Source: an uncultured Methanomassiliicoccales archaeon (GTDB lineage Archaea; Thermoplasmatota; Thermoplasmata; Methanomassiliicoccales; UBA472). Taken from it: a stretch of DNA of 64,000 nt. The number at the start of each line of letters is the position of its first letter. The first letter of the stretch is position 1. Positions 1-9,734 of this stretch are shown piece by piece. Under the pieces are notes generated by a model that had not been told where the DNA came from, ran no database searches, and worked only from the letters and a program-made list of their open reading frames with translations. The position numbers were made by a program, and so were the translations under genes. Location: contig OW818644.1 in NCBI GenBank assembly GCA_942492955.1, positions 706,327 to 770,326 on the forward strand. The letters are read 5' to 3'.

Positions 1-1792
1 CGTCCTTGCGTTTGAAATATGAATCGGTGTCGGTGTTCTCCAGGTTCTGCATCATGAGCCGCTTGACGGCAGCGGTCCGTTTCACCTCCACCGACGGCTC
101 GGTCACCTCGCTCATGTTGGCGTGCATCAATCCGTCCATGTCGTAGCCGAGCATGTCGCAGAAGACCTGGTTCGCCTCCAGGAAGTTACCTTCCAGATCG
201 ATTATGAACATCCCCAGCGGTGAATTCTCGAAGAGCGCCCGGAACCGTCTCTCCGACGTCTTCAGCGCTGCCTCGGCGTTACGCCGTTCGGAGATGTTGT
301 GGCTGACCCCGATGATCGATTCGAACCTGCCGTGCGTATCATAGAGACCGGAGACGGTCACCTCGGTCCATACCGTGCCGCCGTCCTTTGTCGGCTGCTC
401 CACCTCACGCGTGCCTTCCGGGAACCTACCAGTACGTTTCAGGACCTCCAGTCCCTCGGCGATGTATTCATACACGCGCTGCGCGGATTCGGGCATGAGG
501 GCCTGGTCCAGCGTCTGGTTGATCACTTCCTCTGGCGTGTAGCCGCGCAGTGCCGTCACCGACGGCGATATGTAAGTGAACCGGCCGGTGGTGTCCATGG
601 TCCAGATGACGTCGTGGACGTTCTCGGCCAATGCCCGGTAGCGCCGCTCGGAGCGGACCAGCTCCTCGTTGGAAAACTCATACTCGGACTTCGACTCTAT
701 GTAAGTGACCAGGCCCCCCACCTCCCCGGTGACGTCATGCCATGGTCGCACATCATACACGATGCAGGCCGTGCGGTTCTCCAGCGGGAAATCGATCTCC
801 CCCTTCAGGGTCTTGCCCATGAGCGCCCTGTCGCAGATCGCCTCCCATTCCTCGGGGATCCGGGTGAACACCTCCTGCGGCGTCCGTCCGATCACATCCT
901 GGTCATACAGGTCGAAATCGGAGAGGTACTGGTCGGAGACCATCAGGTAGCGCAGTTCGACATCCTGGATCGCCATGGCGTTGGGCGCGTGCCCGACGAT
1001 GTACCGCACCATCTCCTCGGAGTGGCGCAGCTCGTCCTCCTTTTTTCTCCGTTCGGTTATGTCGCGGCCGTTCACCACGATCTGGTTCGGACCGAGCTCG
1101 GTGGGCATGACGGCGATCGACGCCTCGATCAACCGGTAGGCGCCGCACTTGTGCCGGAGGGATATCTCATAACGTTCCGTCCGTCCAGCCCGGATCGTCT
1201 GAATGACCTTGGCCAGGTTTTCCACCAGGTCCGGGTGCGAATACGTCTGCAGGTTCGTCCCGATGACCTCGTCGACGGTGTAGCCTAGGATCTTGGAAAT
1301 GGAAGGCGAGACGTACCGGAGGGTGCTGTTCCGGTCCATGACGCCGATGATGTCCATGGAGTTCTCGATCATGGCGCGGAACCGCCGCGCGTTATGCGTC
1401 ATGGCGTCCTCGGCCTGACGGCGCCTGGACATCTGGATGAGCAGGTTCTTCAGTTCGGCGAATTGCGAGGAAGGTTCGCCGCCCTTCTTCAAATAGAAAT
1501 CCACGCCGCTGTTCAAGGCCTCGATGGCCACTTCCTCCCTTCCACGCCCAGTGAAGAGAACGAACGGCGTTACGTCACCCTTCGAACGGAGCGCTTTCAG
1601 AAACTCGACGCCGTTCATGGCCGGCATCTGGTAATCGCAGATGACCGCGTCATAATCCCCATCCATGACCCTGTGGATCGCTTCATCCACGGAGGTTGTC
1701 GTGTCCATGGTGAACTCGACTCCGTCCTCGATAAAGTCCTTAGCGAGCTCCAGCAAAAGGGGCTCATCATCGATGTAGATCGTCCGGATCAT
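1..1792 (-). CDS. Response-regulator receiver domain fused to multiple PAS domains (sensor protein; C-terminal part lies beyond the window start)
   Basis: Absent from the ORF track because it is open at position 1. My minus-strand translation from ATG (1792..1790) gives MIRTIYIDDEPLLLELAKDFIEDGVEF...DYDAVICDYQMPAMNGVEFLKALR, a CheY-like receiver. PAS-like modules follow (RFRAMIENSMDIIGVMD, RYIVGHAPNAMAIQD, RYRALAENVHDVIWTMD, RFRALFENSPLGMFIID) with no stop down to position 1. The + ORFs 299..1288 and 1394..1798 are antisense shadows. Confidence 0.85.
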   Translation of the reverse strand, partial: MIRTIYIDDEPLLLELAKDFIEDGVEFTMDTTTSVDEAIHRVMDGDYDAVICDYQMPAMNGVEFLKALRSKGDVTPFVLFTGRGREEVAIEALNSGVDFYLKKGGEPSSQFAELKNLLIQMSRRRQAEDAMTHNARRFRAMIENSMDIIGVMDRNSTLRYVSPSISKILGYTVDEVIGTNLQTYSHPDLVENLAKVIQTIRAGRTERYEISLRHKCGAYRLIEASIAVMPTELGPNQIVVNGRDITERRKKEDELRHSEEMVRYIVGHAPNAMAIQDVELRYLMVSDQYLSDFDLYDQDVIGRTPQEVFTRIPEEWEAICDRALMGKTLKGEIDFPLENRTACIVYDVRPWHDVTGEVGGLVTYIESKSEYEFSNEELVRSERRYRALAENVHDVIWTMDTTGRFTYISPSVTALRGYTPEEVINQTLDQALMPESAQRVYEYIAEGLEVLKRTGRFPEGTREVEQPTKDGGTVWTEVTVSGLYDTHGRFESIIGVSHNISERRNAEAALKTSERRFRALFENSPLGMFIIDLEGNFLEANQVFCDMLGYDMDGLMHANMSEVTEPSVEVKRTAAVKRLMMQNLENTDTDSYFKRKD

Positions 1793-2078
1793 GAGTAGGC
1801 ACCGCGATATCTCGCGACCGTTGCGTATCTGAATCTGCTATGGCCATAAAACATTAACTACGCATTAACGGCGTTAACTGGATGCTAGGAAATGGTGCAG
1901 ACCTGAAACCGACATGATTTCCCGGAAAGCAGGCGGTATGATCCGATGCAGACCGTGAGGGTCGACGCACCGTTCAATGCGGATCGTCACGATGCTCAAG
2001 ATGATTCGGACCCTTGCCCATAGTTGCTATGCTTCTTCAGTATCATGAAGAAGAATGACGCTCGGGCGACTCGTATTC

Positions 2079-3191
2079 TCAGTGTCGCTTTACCAGCTCG
2101 CTGTACAGGCGCTCGTGCTCGGAGACCATCCGCTTCACCGTATACTTCTTCTCTACGATCTCACGGCCTTTTACACCGAACTCCTTAGCCAGTGCCGGAT
2201 CCTCCACGAGCCGGAGGATAGCCTCCGCCAGCGGTTCAACGGACTTCACCGGGACTATCGTGCCCGAGACGTTATTGACCACTGCCTCGGGATTGCCACC
2301 GACATCGCTGGCGATGCACGGAAGCGAAACTGCCATGGCTGCGATGAGCGCGTTGGAGAGCCTCTCGTTCAGCGATGGAAGGGCGAAGATATCGAACGAC
2401 CTCATGACCTCGAAGCGGTTGCGCGGAGACGTGAATATCTTGGCCCGGTCCTCGATCTTCAGCTCTTTGATCAACGAGCGCAGGTTCGATTCTTCCGGAC
2501 CTTCGCCGTGAATGACCAGGTAGACCTCTTTATCGGTCCTCCTGACGACATCGGCGAATGCTTTTAGCAAGTACGATTGACCCTTAGCCTCGCGCAGGTC
2601 GGCAACGTTGCCCACGACTATCGCTCCGGAGGGAATGCCCAGCGTGTTCTTGAAATCCTGACCGGAGACCACCGCATCGACCTCCTCCAGATCGACGCCG
2701 GTATAGATGACCGATATCTTCGTCGCGGGGATGTGCTCGACGGCCATCGTAATGCTCTTGACCGTCTCCGAGTTGGCGATGATATGGTTGGTCATCGAGT
2801 TCCGAAGCCGGTCGCCCACCCTCAATTTCGGCTCACCGGCCCAATGCCGGAGGTTCCTTCGCGAAGTCATGAACACTTTGACGCGGGCCAGTTTGCACAC
2901 TAAAGGGTCGACGAAGTTCGGACCATACTTCACCGAATGGACGATGTCGAACCTGTTCCTGCGGATGAAACGGAATAACCTCAGTACGTGGTCTGGCCGG
3001 GTGGGGCGGTTAGGACGCTGGATGACCGTGGCCCCAGCCTTCTTCATCTCGTCCCCGGCCGGCCCCCAATCTTCCTCGCACCAGACCGTGACCTGATACT
3101 GTTCAGGATTCATATTCTTGATCAGATCGAGAAGGTACTTCTCTGAACCGCCCGACCTCAAGCAGACAATGATGTAGAGGATCTTGATCAT
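2079..3191 (-). CDS. Glycosyltransferase, GT-B fold / family 4-like
   Basis: 370-aa ORF. N-terminus is KILYIIVCLRSGGSEKY. The C-terminal donor-binding block is PSLNERLSNALIAAMAVSLPCIASDVGGNPEAVV, typical of group-1 glycosyltransferases. Confidence 0.8.
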   Translation of the reverse strand: MIKILYIIVCLRSGGSEKYLLDLIKNMNPEQYQVTVWCEEDWGPAGDEMKKAGATVIQRPNRPTRPDHVLRLFRFIRRNRFDIVHSVKYGPNFVDPLVCKLARVKVFMTSRRNLRHWAGEPKLRVGDRLRNSMTNHIIANSETVKSITMAVEHIPATKISVIYTGVDLEEVDAVVSGQDFKNTLGIPSGAIVVGNVADLREAKGQSYLLKAFADVVRRTDKEVYLVIHGEGPEESNLRSLIKELKIEDRAKIFTSPRNRFEVMRSFDIFALPSLNERLSNALIAAMAVSLPCIASDVGGNPEAVVNNVSGTIVPVKSVEPLAEAILRLVEDPALAKEFGVKGREIVEKKYTVKRMVSEHERLYSELVKRH

Positions 3192-3442
3192 AGGAACGAC
3201 TGCAAAAAGGGTATGGAAAGGGAGATATTAAGCGTTGACCCGGAGCACGAATTAACGAATCGAAGATGAAAATGTCCTATCTCTGAAAGATATCGCATAA
3301 CTCAGGTAATGATTCGAATGAATCGGCGGGCCATATCGACCGATCTTTGCGGAATCAATCGTTGTGGTCCCGATATTCCGTCCCCTGAATATCGATCATT
3401 GAACAGGCTATGCAGCTGGTTCGGTGCCAATCGGGTTCCTTC

Positions 3443-3979
3443 TCAGCGGGGAGGGACCACTTCCATCGGAGGCCCTTCTCCGTTAGGATATTTCCTTCCC
3501 TTCAAGAAAAAGGTGGATGTGGAGATCAGGTCAGCCCACATCTGTTCATACTCCTCTGGAGATAGGTCAAATTTGACCGACATCATATCCAACCAGTTGT
3601 ACGCGTCTGATCTTATCAAATTTGCATTTTCATTCTCCCGCACAAAGTCGTCAACCGAATGAATGCCTATATCCCACATCTTCGCGGCGTTCTTTGCGCT
3701 CACACCAGGCACTTGGATGATCGTCCGGATGAATTCTGATTTCTCTGGGATGGATTTATTCTGTTCAGCTTCCTTGTTGGCGAACGCGATGGTCAATCGG
3801 ATATCATTCATCAGCTGTTGACATTGCTCATAGTTCATCTGACACGATTCATTCTTCACGATATCGTTGTAGACCTGGATCGGTGAGAGACCGACGAATT
3901 GCTCAGTTGTCTGCTTCTTTGTCCACGCCCTCAAATTACCATGGCTCATAACGAATGGGACAAGCCGTAATTCCACCAT
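3443..3979 (-). CDS. Hypothetical protein with a helix-hairpin-helix-like motif
   Basis: 178-aa ORF in an A/T-richer islet, divergent from the STAND ATPase gene. The motif IQVPGVSAKNAAKMWDIGIHSVDDF resembles an HhH DNA-binding element (PolX fingers/TfoX_C-like by eye). I recognise no catalytic motif. Confidence 0.45.
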   Translation of the reverse strand: MVELRLVPFVMSHGNLRAWTKKQTTEQFVGLSPIQVYNDIVKNESCQMNYEQCQQLMNDIRLTIAFANKEAEQNKSIPEKSEFIRTIIQVPGVSAKNAAKMWDIGIHSVDDFVRENENANLIRSDAYNWLDMMSVKFDLSPEEYEQMWADLISTSTFFLKGRKYPNGEGPPMEVVPPR

Positions 3980-4044
3980 ATTCTTACACTCCTAATATAT
4001 TATAATGATTATCTAGTGTTATTGTAAATATTAATGTTTCGCAT

Positions 4045-6549
4045 TTGTTTGAACAGCAATCTTGCCTGTTCCGACGTCTCCGTTCATTAGCTGTCTTTTT
4101 TATCTGTGACTTCCTATTATCTTTGTTGGCACAAAATAGAATAGATGAGCCCAGATTCCAGGCGAGGACCGAAGAGCTTGAGGAGCTGCAGGTCCGGATC
4201 GCGGATGCCTTATCGGGGAAGGGCAGTCTGACCATCATCTCGGGTGAAGCGGGAATCGGGAAGACCCGTTTGGCATTGGAGAGCCGCAGGATCGCGGAGG
4301 CAACGGGGTTCATCGTATTGGATGGGCGGTGCCTTCCCGGTGGTCTTCTTCCGTATTCCGCCTTTCTTGAGACGGTAAGGGAACTGGATCTCATTGGTTT
4401 CAAGATGGCCCGGGATCCCTTTTTGGGTAAGGAATCCAAGGATGAAGTCCTCTTAAATTTTTCATGGTTCTTGCAGGACCTATCGAACAAGCGCCCCATA
4501 TGGATGCTTATCGACGATATTCAATGGGCTGACTCCGCCTCGCTCCAGCTCCTTCACTTTCTGGCGAGGGAGTGCAGCAGGACGCCAATGGTGCTGGTGG
4601 CTACTTACCGAGATGATGAGGCCTCCTCTCCGGTGGGCAACTCTGATGCATTGAGCACGATCCGACATCTCTGCCGGGAAAGAAAATGCAACCAGATATC
4701 ATTAGGTAATTTTGACAGGAAGTCAATTGCGAAAATTGTCGACGATCTCCTTGAGGGAAAAGCGGACAAGTCCCTGCAGGAAAGGATCTTCCAGGAAAGC
4801 GGAGGCAATCCGCTTTTTGTTGTAGAAACGATAAGGATGTTACAGGAGAGTTCCCGCCTGGTCATTCGAAAGGGAAGATGGCAGGGCATTTTCAAAGAGG
4901 GAGAGGTGCCTACGACCGTCCAGGCAATAATCGAACAGAGAATTATCGGCCTCTCAAGACCGCAGCGCGCGATTCTTGATTTTGGGGCGATAGAAGGATC
5001 CGAGTTCAGACTTGAAACATTGTCATCTTTGCTCCAAAGAGGCAAGATGCTACTCGCTGAGGATCTGGAGGATATCGCAACATCAACGCATCTGATCGTT
5101 GAACGTGCTGACAGATATGCCTTTAGCCATGAAATGGTAAGACAGGTTATTCTAACACACATGTCAGAGGCCAGATCAAAGGAGATTCATCATCTGATTG
5201 GGCTATTCTTGGAAGAAAATGGACCGAGAGATCATGATTATGTCGACCTCTCAAATCATTTTTTCTACGCAAACGATCGGGATCGATGTGCAGAATATTC
5301 CCTTCTCGCTGGGAGACAATATTTGGTCAAGGAAGCATTTGGTGAGGCTCTTTATTTTCTTAGGAGAACTGTCAAGACACCTCTTGAGGCAGAAAATGCA
5401 AATTCTATCCTTTCTGAGGCTTGGGAAGGAATCGGGGACTCAGAAAAAGAATTGGGAAATTACCGCCATTCATCGGATTCATACGATTTATCGATGATCT
5501 ATTCCAGCCCGAAGGATCGGGCTCGATTACTGAGGAAAAAGGCAGAATGTTGGTATCCTTCATCATTGACGCAAGATTCGGACATAATCAAAAGGATCAT
5601 CGAAGAGGCGATCGAGGCAGGTCCTGATGACTTTGAAAAGGGTGAGATAGAGTCCATAAGAACCGGCCTCGAAAGATTGGATGGCAGTCTGGAACGGGCT
5701 GAGATTCATAGCGTCCAAGCGGTCAATTATTTCAAGGGAGTGAACAATCCTTCACGATATTCCCTTGAATTGATGCTGAGAGGCACATTATTGCTGGACC
5801 AGGCTCGCGTGGATCAAGCCCTGGAATTGATTGAGGAATCACTTGATATTCTATCGAAACATCCTAACTTAACGAATGAATCGGAGTGCAGGCGCAATCT
5901 AGCCAGAGCCTACTTCCACAAAGGATTGCTTGATCGGGCAGTTCAAGAGTATTTTAAGAGTGCGGAACTGGCCAGGAAGATCGGGAGCAATGAAAGAAAA
6001 AGAGCAGCGTTGTTTGAGGCTGCCCTTTGCAAGTTGCTCGCAGGCGATATCGATGAGGCAAGGATGGTTGAGGAGGAACTTAGGGATGAGGCGGCGGAAT
6101 CTGGATTTAAATGGGCCACCTCTTGGCACGACGTTCTCCTTGCGCACATGGAGATAATTGCCGGTGATCGGGATAAGGCATCCGAACTCATAGAAGGAGC
6201 GCTTAGTATCATGAACCAACTTGATCCCAAGATGAAACTTGCGGCCAGGGCGCTTGGCAATACGGTGATGGCGGAGCTTCTGATTGCCGACGGAAAGATC
6301 GATGATGCGATCTCATTATTCGATTCTTCCCGCAGGGAATTTTCAGGATCGATAGACGGCATGTTTTACGAATCCATCGCCTGCCTATGGTATTCGACAA
6401 TGATGGAGGATTTTGGGCAGTACGGGGAAGCGGCTGCCAAATATCGCATCTGTCAGCACCTATTCGAGAGGTTTGGCAACGAGAATGCGGTCAGGGCCAT
6501 CAATTCCGCGCTGGATCGAACAGAGCGTTCGGAACAAGGTCGAGCATGA
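4045..6549 (+). CDS. STAND-type P-loop NTPase (AAA_16-like) with C-terminal TPR-like repeats; no effector or HTH domain seen
   Basis: Walker A is GEAGIGKTRL and Walker B is IWMLIDDIQWAD. A long helical TPR-like C-terminus follows. It is a paralog of 11641..14181 (shared blocks FSHExVR and DRARLLRKK). The ORF-track start is TTG and there is no ATG upstream of the P-loop, so the start is uncertain. Confidence 0.75.
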   Translation: MFEQQSCLFRRLRSLAVFFICDFLLSLLAQNRIDEPRFQARTEELEELQVRIADALSGKGSLTIISGEAGIGKTRLALESRRIAEATGFIVLDGRCLPGGLLPYSAFLETVRELDLIGFKMARDPFLGKESKDEVLLNFSWFLQDLSNKRPIWMLIDDIQWADSASLQLLHFLARECSRTPMVLVATYRDDEASSPVGNSDALSTIRHLCRERKCNQISLGNFDRKSIAKIVDDLLEGKADKSLQERIFQESGGNPLFVVETIRMLQESSRLVIRKGRWQGIFKEGEVPTTVQAIIEQRIIGLSRPQRAILDFGAIEGSEFRLETLSSLLQRGKMLLAEDLEDIATSTHLIVERADRYAFSHEMVRQVILTHMSEARSKEIHHLIGLFLEENGPRDHDYVDLSNHFFYANDRDRCAEYSLLAGRQYLVKEAFGEALYFLRRTVKTPLEAENANSILSEAWEGIGDSEKELGNYRHSSDSYDLSMIYSSPKDRARLLRKKAECWYPSSLTQDSDIIKRIIEEAIEAGPDDFEKGEIESIRTGLERLDGSLERAEIHSVQAVNYFKGVNNPSRYSLELMLRGTLLLDQARVDQALELIEESLDILSKHPNLTNESECRRNLARAYFHKGLLDRAVQEYFKSAELARKIGSNERKRAALFEAALCKLLAGDIDEARMVEEELRDEAAESGFKWATSWHDVLLAHMEIIAGDRDKASELIEGALSIMNQLDPKMKLAARALGNTVMAELLIADGKIDDAISLFDSSRREFSGSIDGMFYESIACLWYSTMMEDFGQYGEAAAKYRICQHLFERFGNENAVRAINSALDRTERSEQGRA

Positions 6550-6727
6550 CTGAATCACTCGGAGTGAAGCGAATCCAGGAAATGGGATTGACCAAATACT
6601 GAAAGAGGGCGACAGGCTTGAAATACTTGGTACGTTGCAGTTTTTCAAGGACAGAACAATGTGAGATCAAGTCGCCCAAACTGATTTCTAGCACTATGCT
6701 CAACAACCGAACATTGGTGTCCGTACC

Positions 6728-7750
6728 TTAGATCGTTTTCACGGTTCTGACCATCGCCTTCACGTTCACCGTCGGCGTCCTCGGCGCGAGGCCGCATCCC
6801 GGCGAGAGCACGTCGACTCCGGCCCGCAGGCACGCCAAGGATTCCTCCTCGACCTCACCCGGGGTCCCGAACAGCAATGACCCGGTGGGACTGACGTTCC
6901 CTATCAGTGCCATCTCTCCGTCCAGAGCCCTCTTTACCGTGGCCAGGTCCATGCACTGATCGACGCTCAATCCGGTCGCTCCGGATCTCTTGATCGAATC
7001 GAGCAGCTTACTTGTGTCCCCGCATATGTGCAGCACCGACCGCGCCCCCCCGAAACGCGCCCTAAGTGCCACCCCGATCTCGTACGGAAGGGCAAACTCC
7101 TCGTACTGTGTCGAGCTGAGTATATCACCGGTCGCAGTGGCGTCGATCAGCGTTATCACGTCAGCGCCAGCGTCTATGGCCGCCACCACATACATGTGAT
7201 CGAACCTCTCGGCCTTCCGCACCAGCATCCTGACGAACGAAGGTTCCTTCACGATGTTCATCAAGGCTCTCTCAATGCCCAGAATCTGGCAGGCCAGCAT
7301 GAATGGCGCCACGATGCCGCAGATGACCGGCACCCCTTCCATCCTGGAGGAGAGCATGTCCACCGCCGACAGCACCGCCTTGGTCGCCTGGCCGGATATC
7401 GGTTCGACGATCTCCAGCCGGTCCAATTCCTCCGGATCTGATAGCGCGGTACGCGAGATCGACGGTTGCCGGTCGACCCCTTCCCGCCCGGTCTTTGCAC
7501 CAAGCACGCTTGCCTCCGCGGTCACATCGAACGGGACACGCACCCCCTCCAGCCCTGCGATGTCATGAGCCGCCTTGCTCAGGCAGTACATCTTCTTCGC
7601 ATCCCGGAACGCATCTGGCCAGTAACATCGGCTCCGTTCCATCAGCTCTACTGTGCCAGTCTGGAGCGGGCTGACGCAGGGTATCCTGTCCAAAGGGTCC
7701 ATGTCCAATGCCCGTAATAGGCGCGCCCTTTCGTTCAGCTCTGGCCTCAC
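6728..7750 (-). CDS. Methylcobamide:CoM methyltransferase, MtaA/MtbA type (uroporphyrinogen decarboxylase fold)
   Basis: 340 aa. URO-D-like fold with the Zn-ligand motifs of MtaA-type enzymes: LHICGDT (His-x-Cys) and LSPGCGL (Cys). No cognate corrinoid protein or MtaB/MtbB gene lies nearby. Confidence 0.8.
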   Translation of the reverse strand: MRPELNERARLLRALDMDPLDRIPCVSPLQTGTVELMERSRCYWPDAFRDAKKMYCLSKAAHDIAGLEGVRVPFDVTAEASVLGAKTGREGVDRQPSISRTALSDPEELDRLEIVEPISGQATKAVLSAVDMLSSRMEGVPVICGIVAPFMLACQILGIERALMNIVKEPSFVRMLVRKAERFDHMYVVAAIDAGADVITLIDATATGDILSSTQYEEFALPYEIGVALRARFGGARSVLHICGDTSKLLDSIKRSGATGLSVDQCMDLATVKRALDGEMALIGNVSPTGSLLFGTPGEVEEESLACLRAGVDVLSPGCGLAPRTPTVNVKAMVRTVKTI

Positions 7751-7966
7751 AGGATCTCCGTCATCTCAGGTTGTGACAATGGCGCTGGAGGTTCATCCGC
7801 TTTGCCCCATCATGAAGGGATCGGACCGGACTGACCTCAGAGGCACGCTAGTTCGACATAAAACGATATTTCGTTAAAATCATCACTCGGTCTGAGCCTA
7901 GTAACGAACTCTGCAAATCACCTGAATAACTATAATACAAACGAAAACGTTGGTCAACAGATAAGA

Positions 7967-8926
7967 ATGACTGGCAGCTTCAAACGGATTGCGACACGGC
8001 TTGTCCTTGCAAATTTGTTGGTGATGCCGGTACTGTTCCTTTTGATAATGCTCACGACCTCGAACGTGGCCGCGGAAAGCGTGTCGGGGACGTGGACATC
8101 CAACACGGCTGGAAAAGGATATATCCAGAATTTCAACGTCTTCAATGCGAACTATGACGCGACCCTCCGCCTGACCCAGAATGGCGACTCGGTGACCGGT
8201 ACGGTCACTGAGAAGTGCACCTATTCAAAGCTCAATCCCGGCTATGAGACCTGGCAAAAGACGCCGGTTGGCACAACGGGCACCTATAATGTCTACGGCA
8301 CCATGTCCGGATCCACGCTAACCCTCAACTGCTACACCCCTGCCCAATCCGGGATCACGGGCGGCATCAGCTGGACGACGGAAGCGTCCACGGTCACCTG
8401 GACCCTTCACTTGAACGGTACCCGGCTGACCGGCAGCGGGCACTATGTGAACGGTGGGATAACGTACGCTTATCTATGGGACCTCAAATCCGGTTCTTCG
8501 GGGGGTTTTGCAGTTGGAGACTTATCCCTAGCCCCACCAGCACTCATCGCGATCATCGGCGGAGTGGCCTGCATAGCGGTCTCCCTGTCGCCGATGCCAA
8601 AGGGCAGGATCCCTCAAGGCCCCGGTCCGAACGCCGGCAGCTACGCCTACCAACCATCAAACGTCACCACTACGGGAGGGACCAATGGACCGCCGACCGA
8701 CCCGACCTACATAGGCGGGGCAGGTCTTCATTATCCTCAGAACTACGTCAACGGCGTTCCGGTCAGCCCCAAATCCTGGCAGGGCCAACAAGGTCCAATA
8801 TGCCCGGTCCATGGGACGGTTTGCACGCCGCATTTCCTTCAATTCTCCAATGACCCAGGTGCCTGGCTGTGTCCCAGGTGTCGCGATCAGGGCATCTCCT
8901 ACGGATTCCCATGGGGGCGGCAGTAA
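7967..8926 (+). CDS. Membrane-anchored protein: signal/anchor, beta-rich extracytoplasmic domain, TM helix, Pro-rich tail with Cys4 zinc-ribbon-like motif
   Basis: N-terminal hydrophobic segment LVLANLLVMPVLFLLIMLTT. Second TM segment is APPALIAIIGGVACIAVSL. The C-terminus is CPVHGTVC...CPRC. Confidence 0.6.
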   Translation: MTGSFKRIATRLVLANLLVMPVLFLLIMLTTSNVAAESVSGTWTSNTAGKGYIQNFNVFNANYDATLRLTQNGDSVTGTVTEKCTYSKLNPGYETWQKTPVGTTGTYNVYGTMSGSTLTLNCYTPAQSGITGGISWTTEASTVTWTLHLNGTRLTGSGHYVNGGITYAYLWDLKSGSSGGFAVGDLSLAPPALIAIIGGVACIAVSLSPMPKGRIPQGPGPNAGSYAYQPSNVTTTGGTNGPPTDPTYIGGAGLHYPQNYVNGVPVSPKSWQGQQGPICPVHGTVCTPHFLQFSNDPGAWLCPRCRDQGISYGFPWGRQ

Positions 8927-9603
8927 TGGCCGGTCAGACAGCAGATTATCAGACCTTCAAAAGGCCAATGACGGACCCGGAACGAACGAGCATGAACAAG
9001 GTATATAAGAACGCCCAGAAACAGGCCATGCCCGCCGGATTCATGGCGCTCGTTTTCGCAGCCATCGGTATCGTCAACGGTGCGAACAGCTTCGATTTCT
9101 CATCCTCGACGGGAATGATCTCGGTGCTGGTCATAGTGGTCGGTCTGATGGCCTTTGTCATGGCATATACTACATCCCGCCTGCGCAGGACGATCGTCGC
9201 CGCGCACAACGATGGAAATGTTGTTGTGGTCCGTGGTCCGGTCTCCAGATCTCAGGGACGGGCGAACGGCTCTTTCATGATGGTCGGTCCATTGTCGATC
9301 GGATCGGGCAAACGCGGGGCCAACCCGCTGCAGGAAGGGACCTATGCGGAGGTTGCCTGCATCCCGAAGCTCAAGTCGATCTTATCGCTCAATGGCGCCG
9401 GACTTGACCAGCCAATGAGAGTGGGGATCCCGAACGACTTGGAATCAAAGGCCTCCATTGGCTCGCCCACCTATCCTGCACCACCATTGAACGTGGCGGC
9501 CCCGAGCGTAACGCCTTCGAGCAATGAAATGAGCTTCTGCTCCTCGTGTGGGAAACCGACCCAAGGTCTGACCTATTGCTGGAACTGCGGGAACAAACAT
9601 TGA
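8926..9603 (+). CDS. Membrane protein with two TM helices and a C-terminal zinc ribbon
   Basis: The in-frame ATG at 8926 overlaps the upstream TAA (TAATG), so I prefer it to the ORF-track start at 8869. TM segments are FMALVFAAIGIVNGA and ISVLVIVVGLMAFVMAY. The C-terminus is CSSCGKPTQGLTYCWNCG. Confidence 0.6.
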   Translation: MAGQTADYQTFKRPMTDPERTSMNKVYKNAQKQAMPAGFMALVFAAIGIVNGANSFDFSSSTGMISVLVIVVGLMAFVMAYTTSRLRRTIVAAHNDGNVVVVRGPVSRSQGRANGSFMMVGPLSIGSGKRGANPLQEGTYAEVACIPKLKSILSLNGAGLDQPMRVGIPNDLESKASIGSPTYPAPPLNVAAPSVTPSSNEMSFCSSCGKPTQGLTYCWNCGNKH

Positions 9604-9734
9604 GGATCGTGGTACGGAGCATATCCTCCCATAGACCGAGGGAATGATGTCATTCCAAAATTAGGGGTGCTGGTTCGGAAACGCGTATTCCAAGTTCTAA
9701 ATATTGCCTCTCTGATTCCCTCCTCAGTGCATCT

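Noticed and set aside
299-1288. Long + strand ORFs (299..1288 and 1394..1798) at the window start.
   Set aside because: They are antisense to a much better minus-strand reading frame with clear receiver and PAS motifs. Their translations are Arg/Gly/Pro/His-rich, which is typical of shadow ORFs in GC-rich DNA.
3192-3442. The frame of the HhH protein stays open for 47 more codons past its TGA. The HhH region resembles the fingers subdomain of PolX polymerases, so a truncated or read-through PolX-like nucleotidyltransferase was considered.
   Set aside because: The extension (EGTRLAPNQLHSLFNDRYSGDGISGPQRLIPQRSVDMARRFIRIIT) lacks the G[GS]-x9-13-DxD palm motif. The resemblance rests on my recollection of one helix-hairpin-helix segment only.
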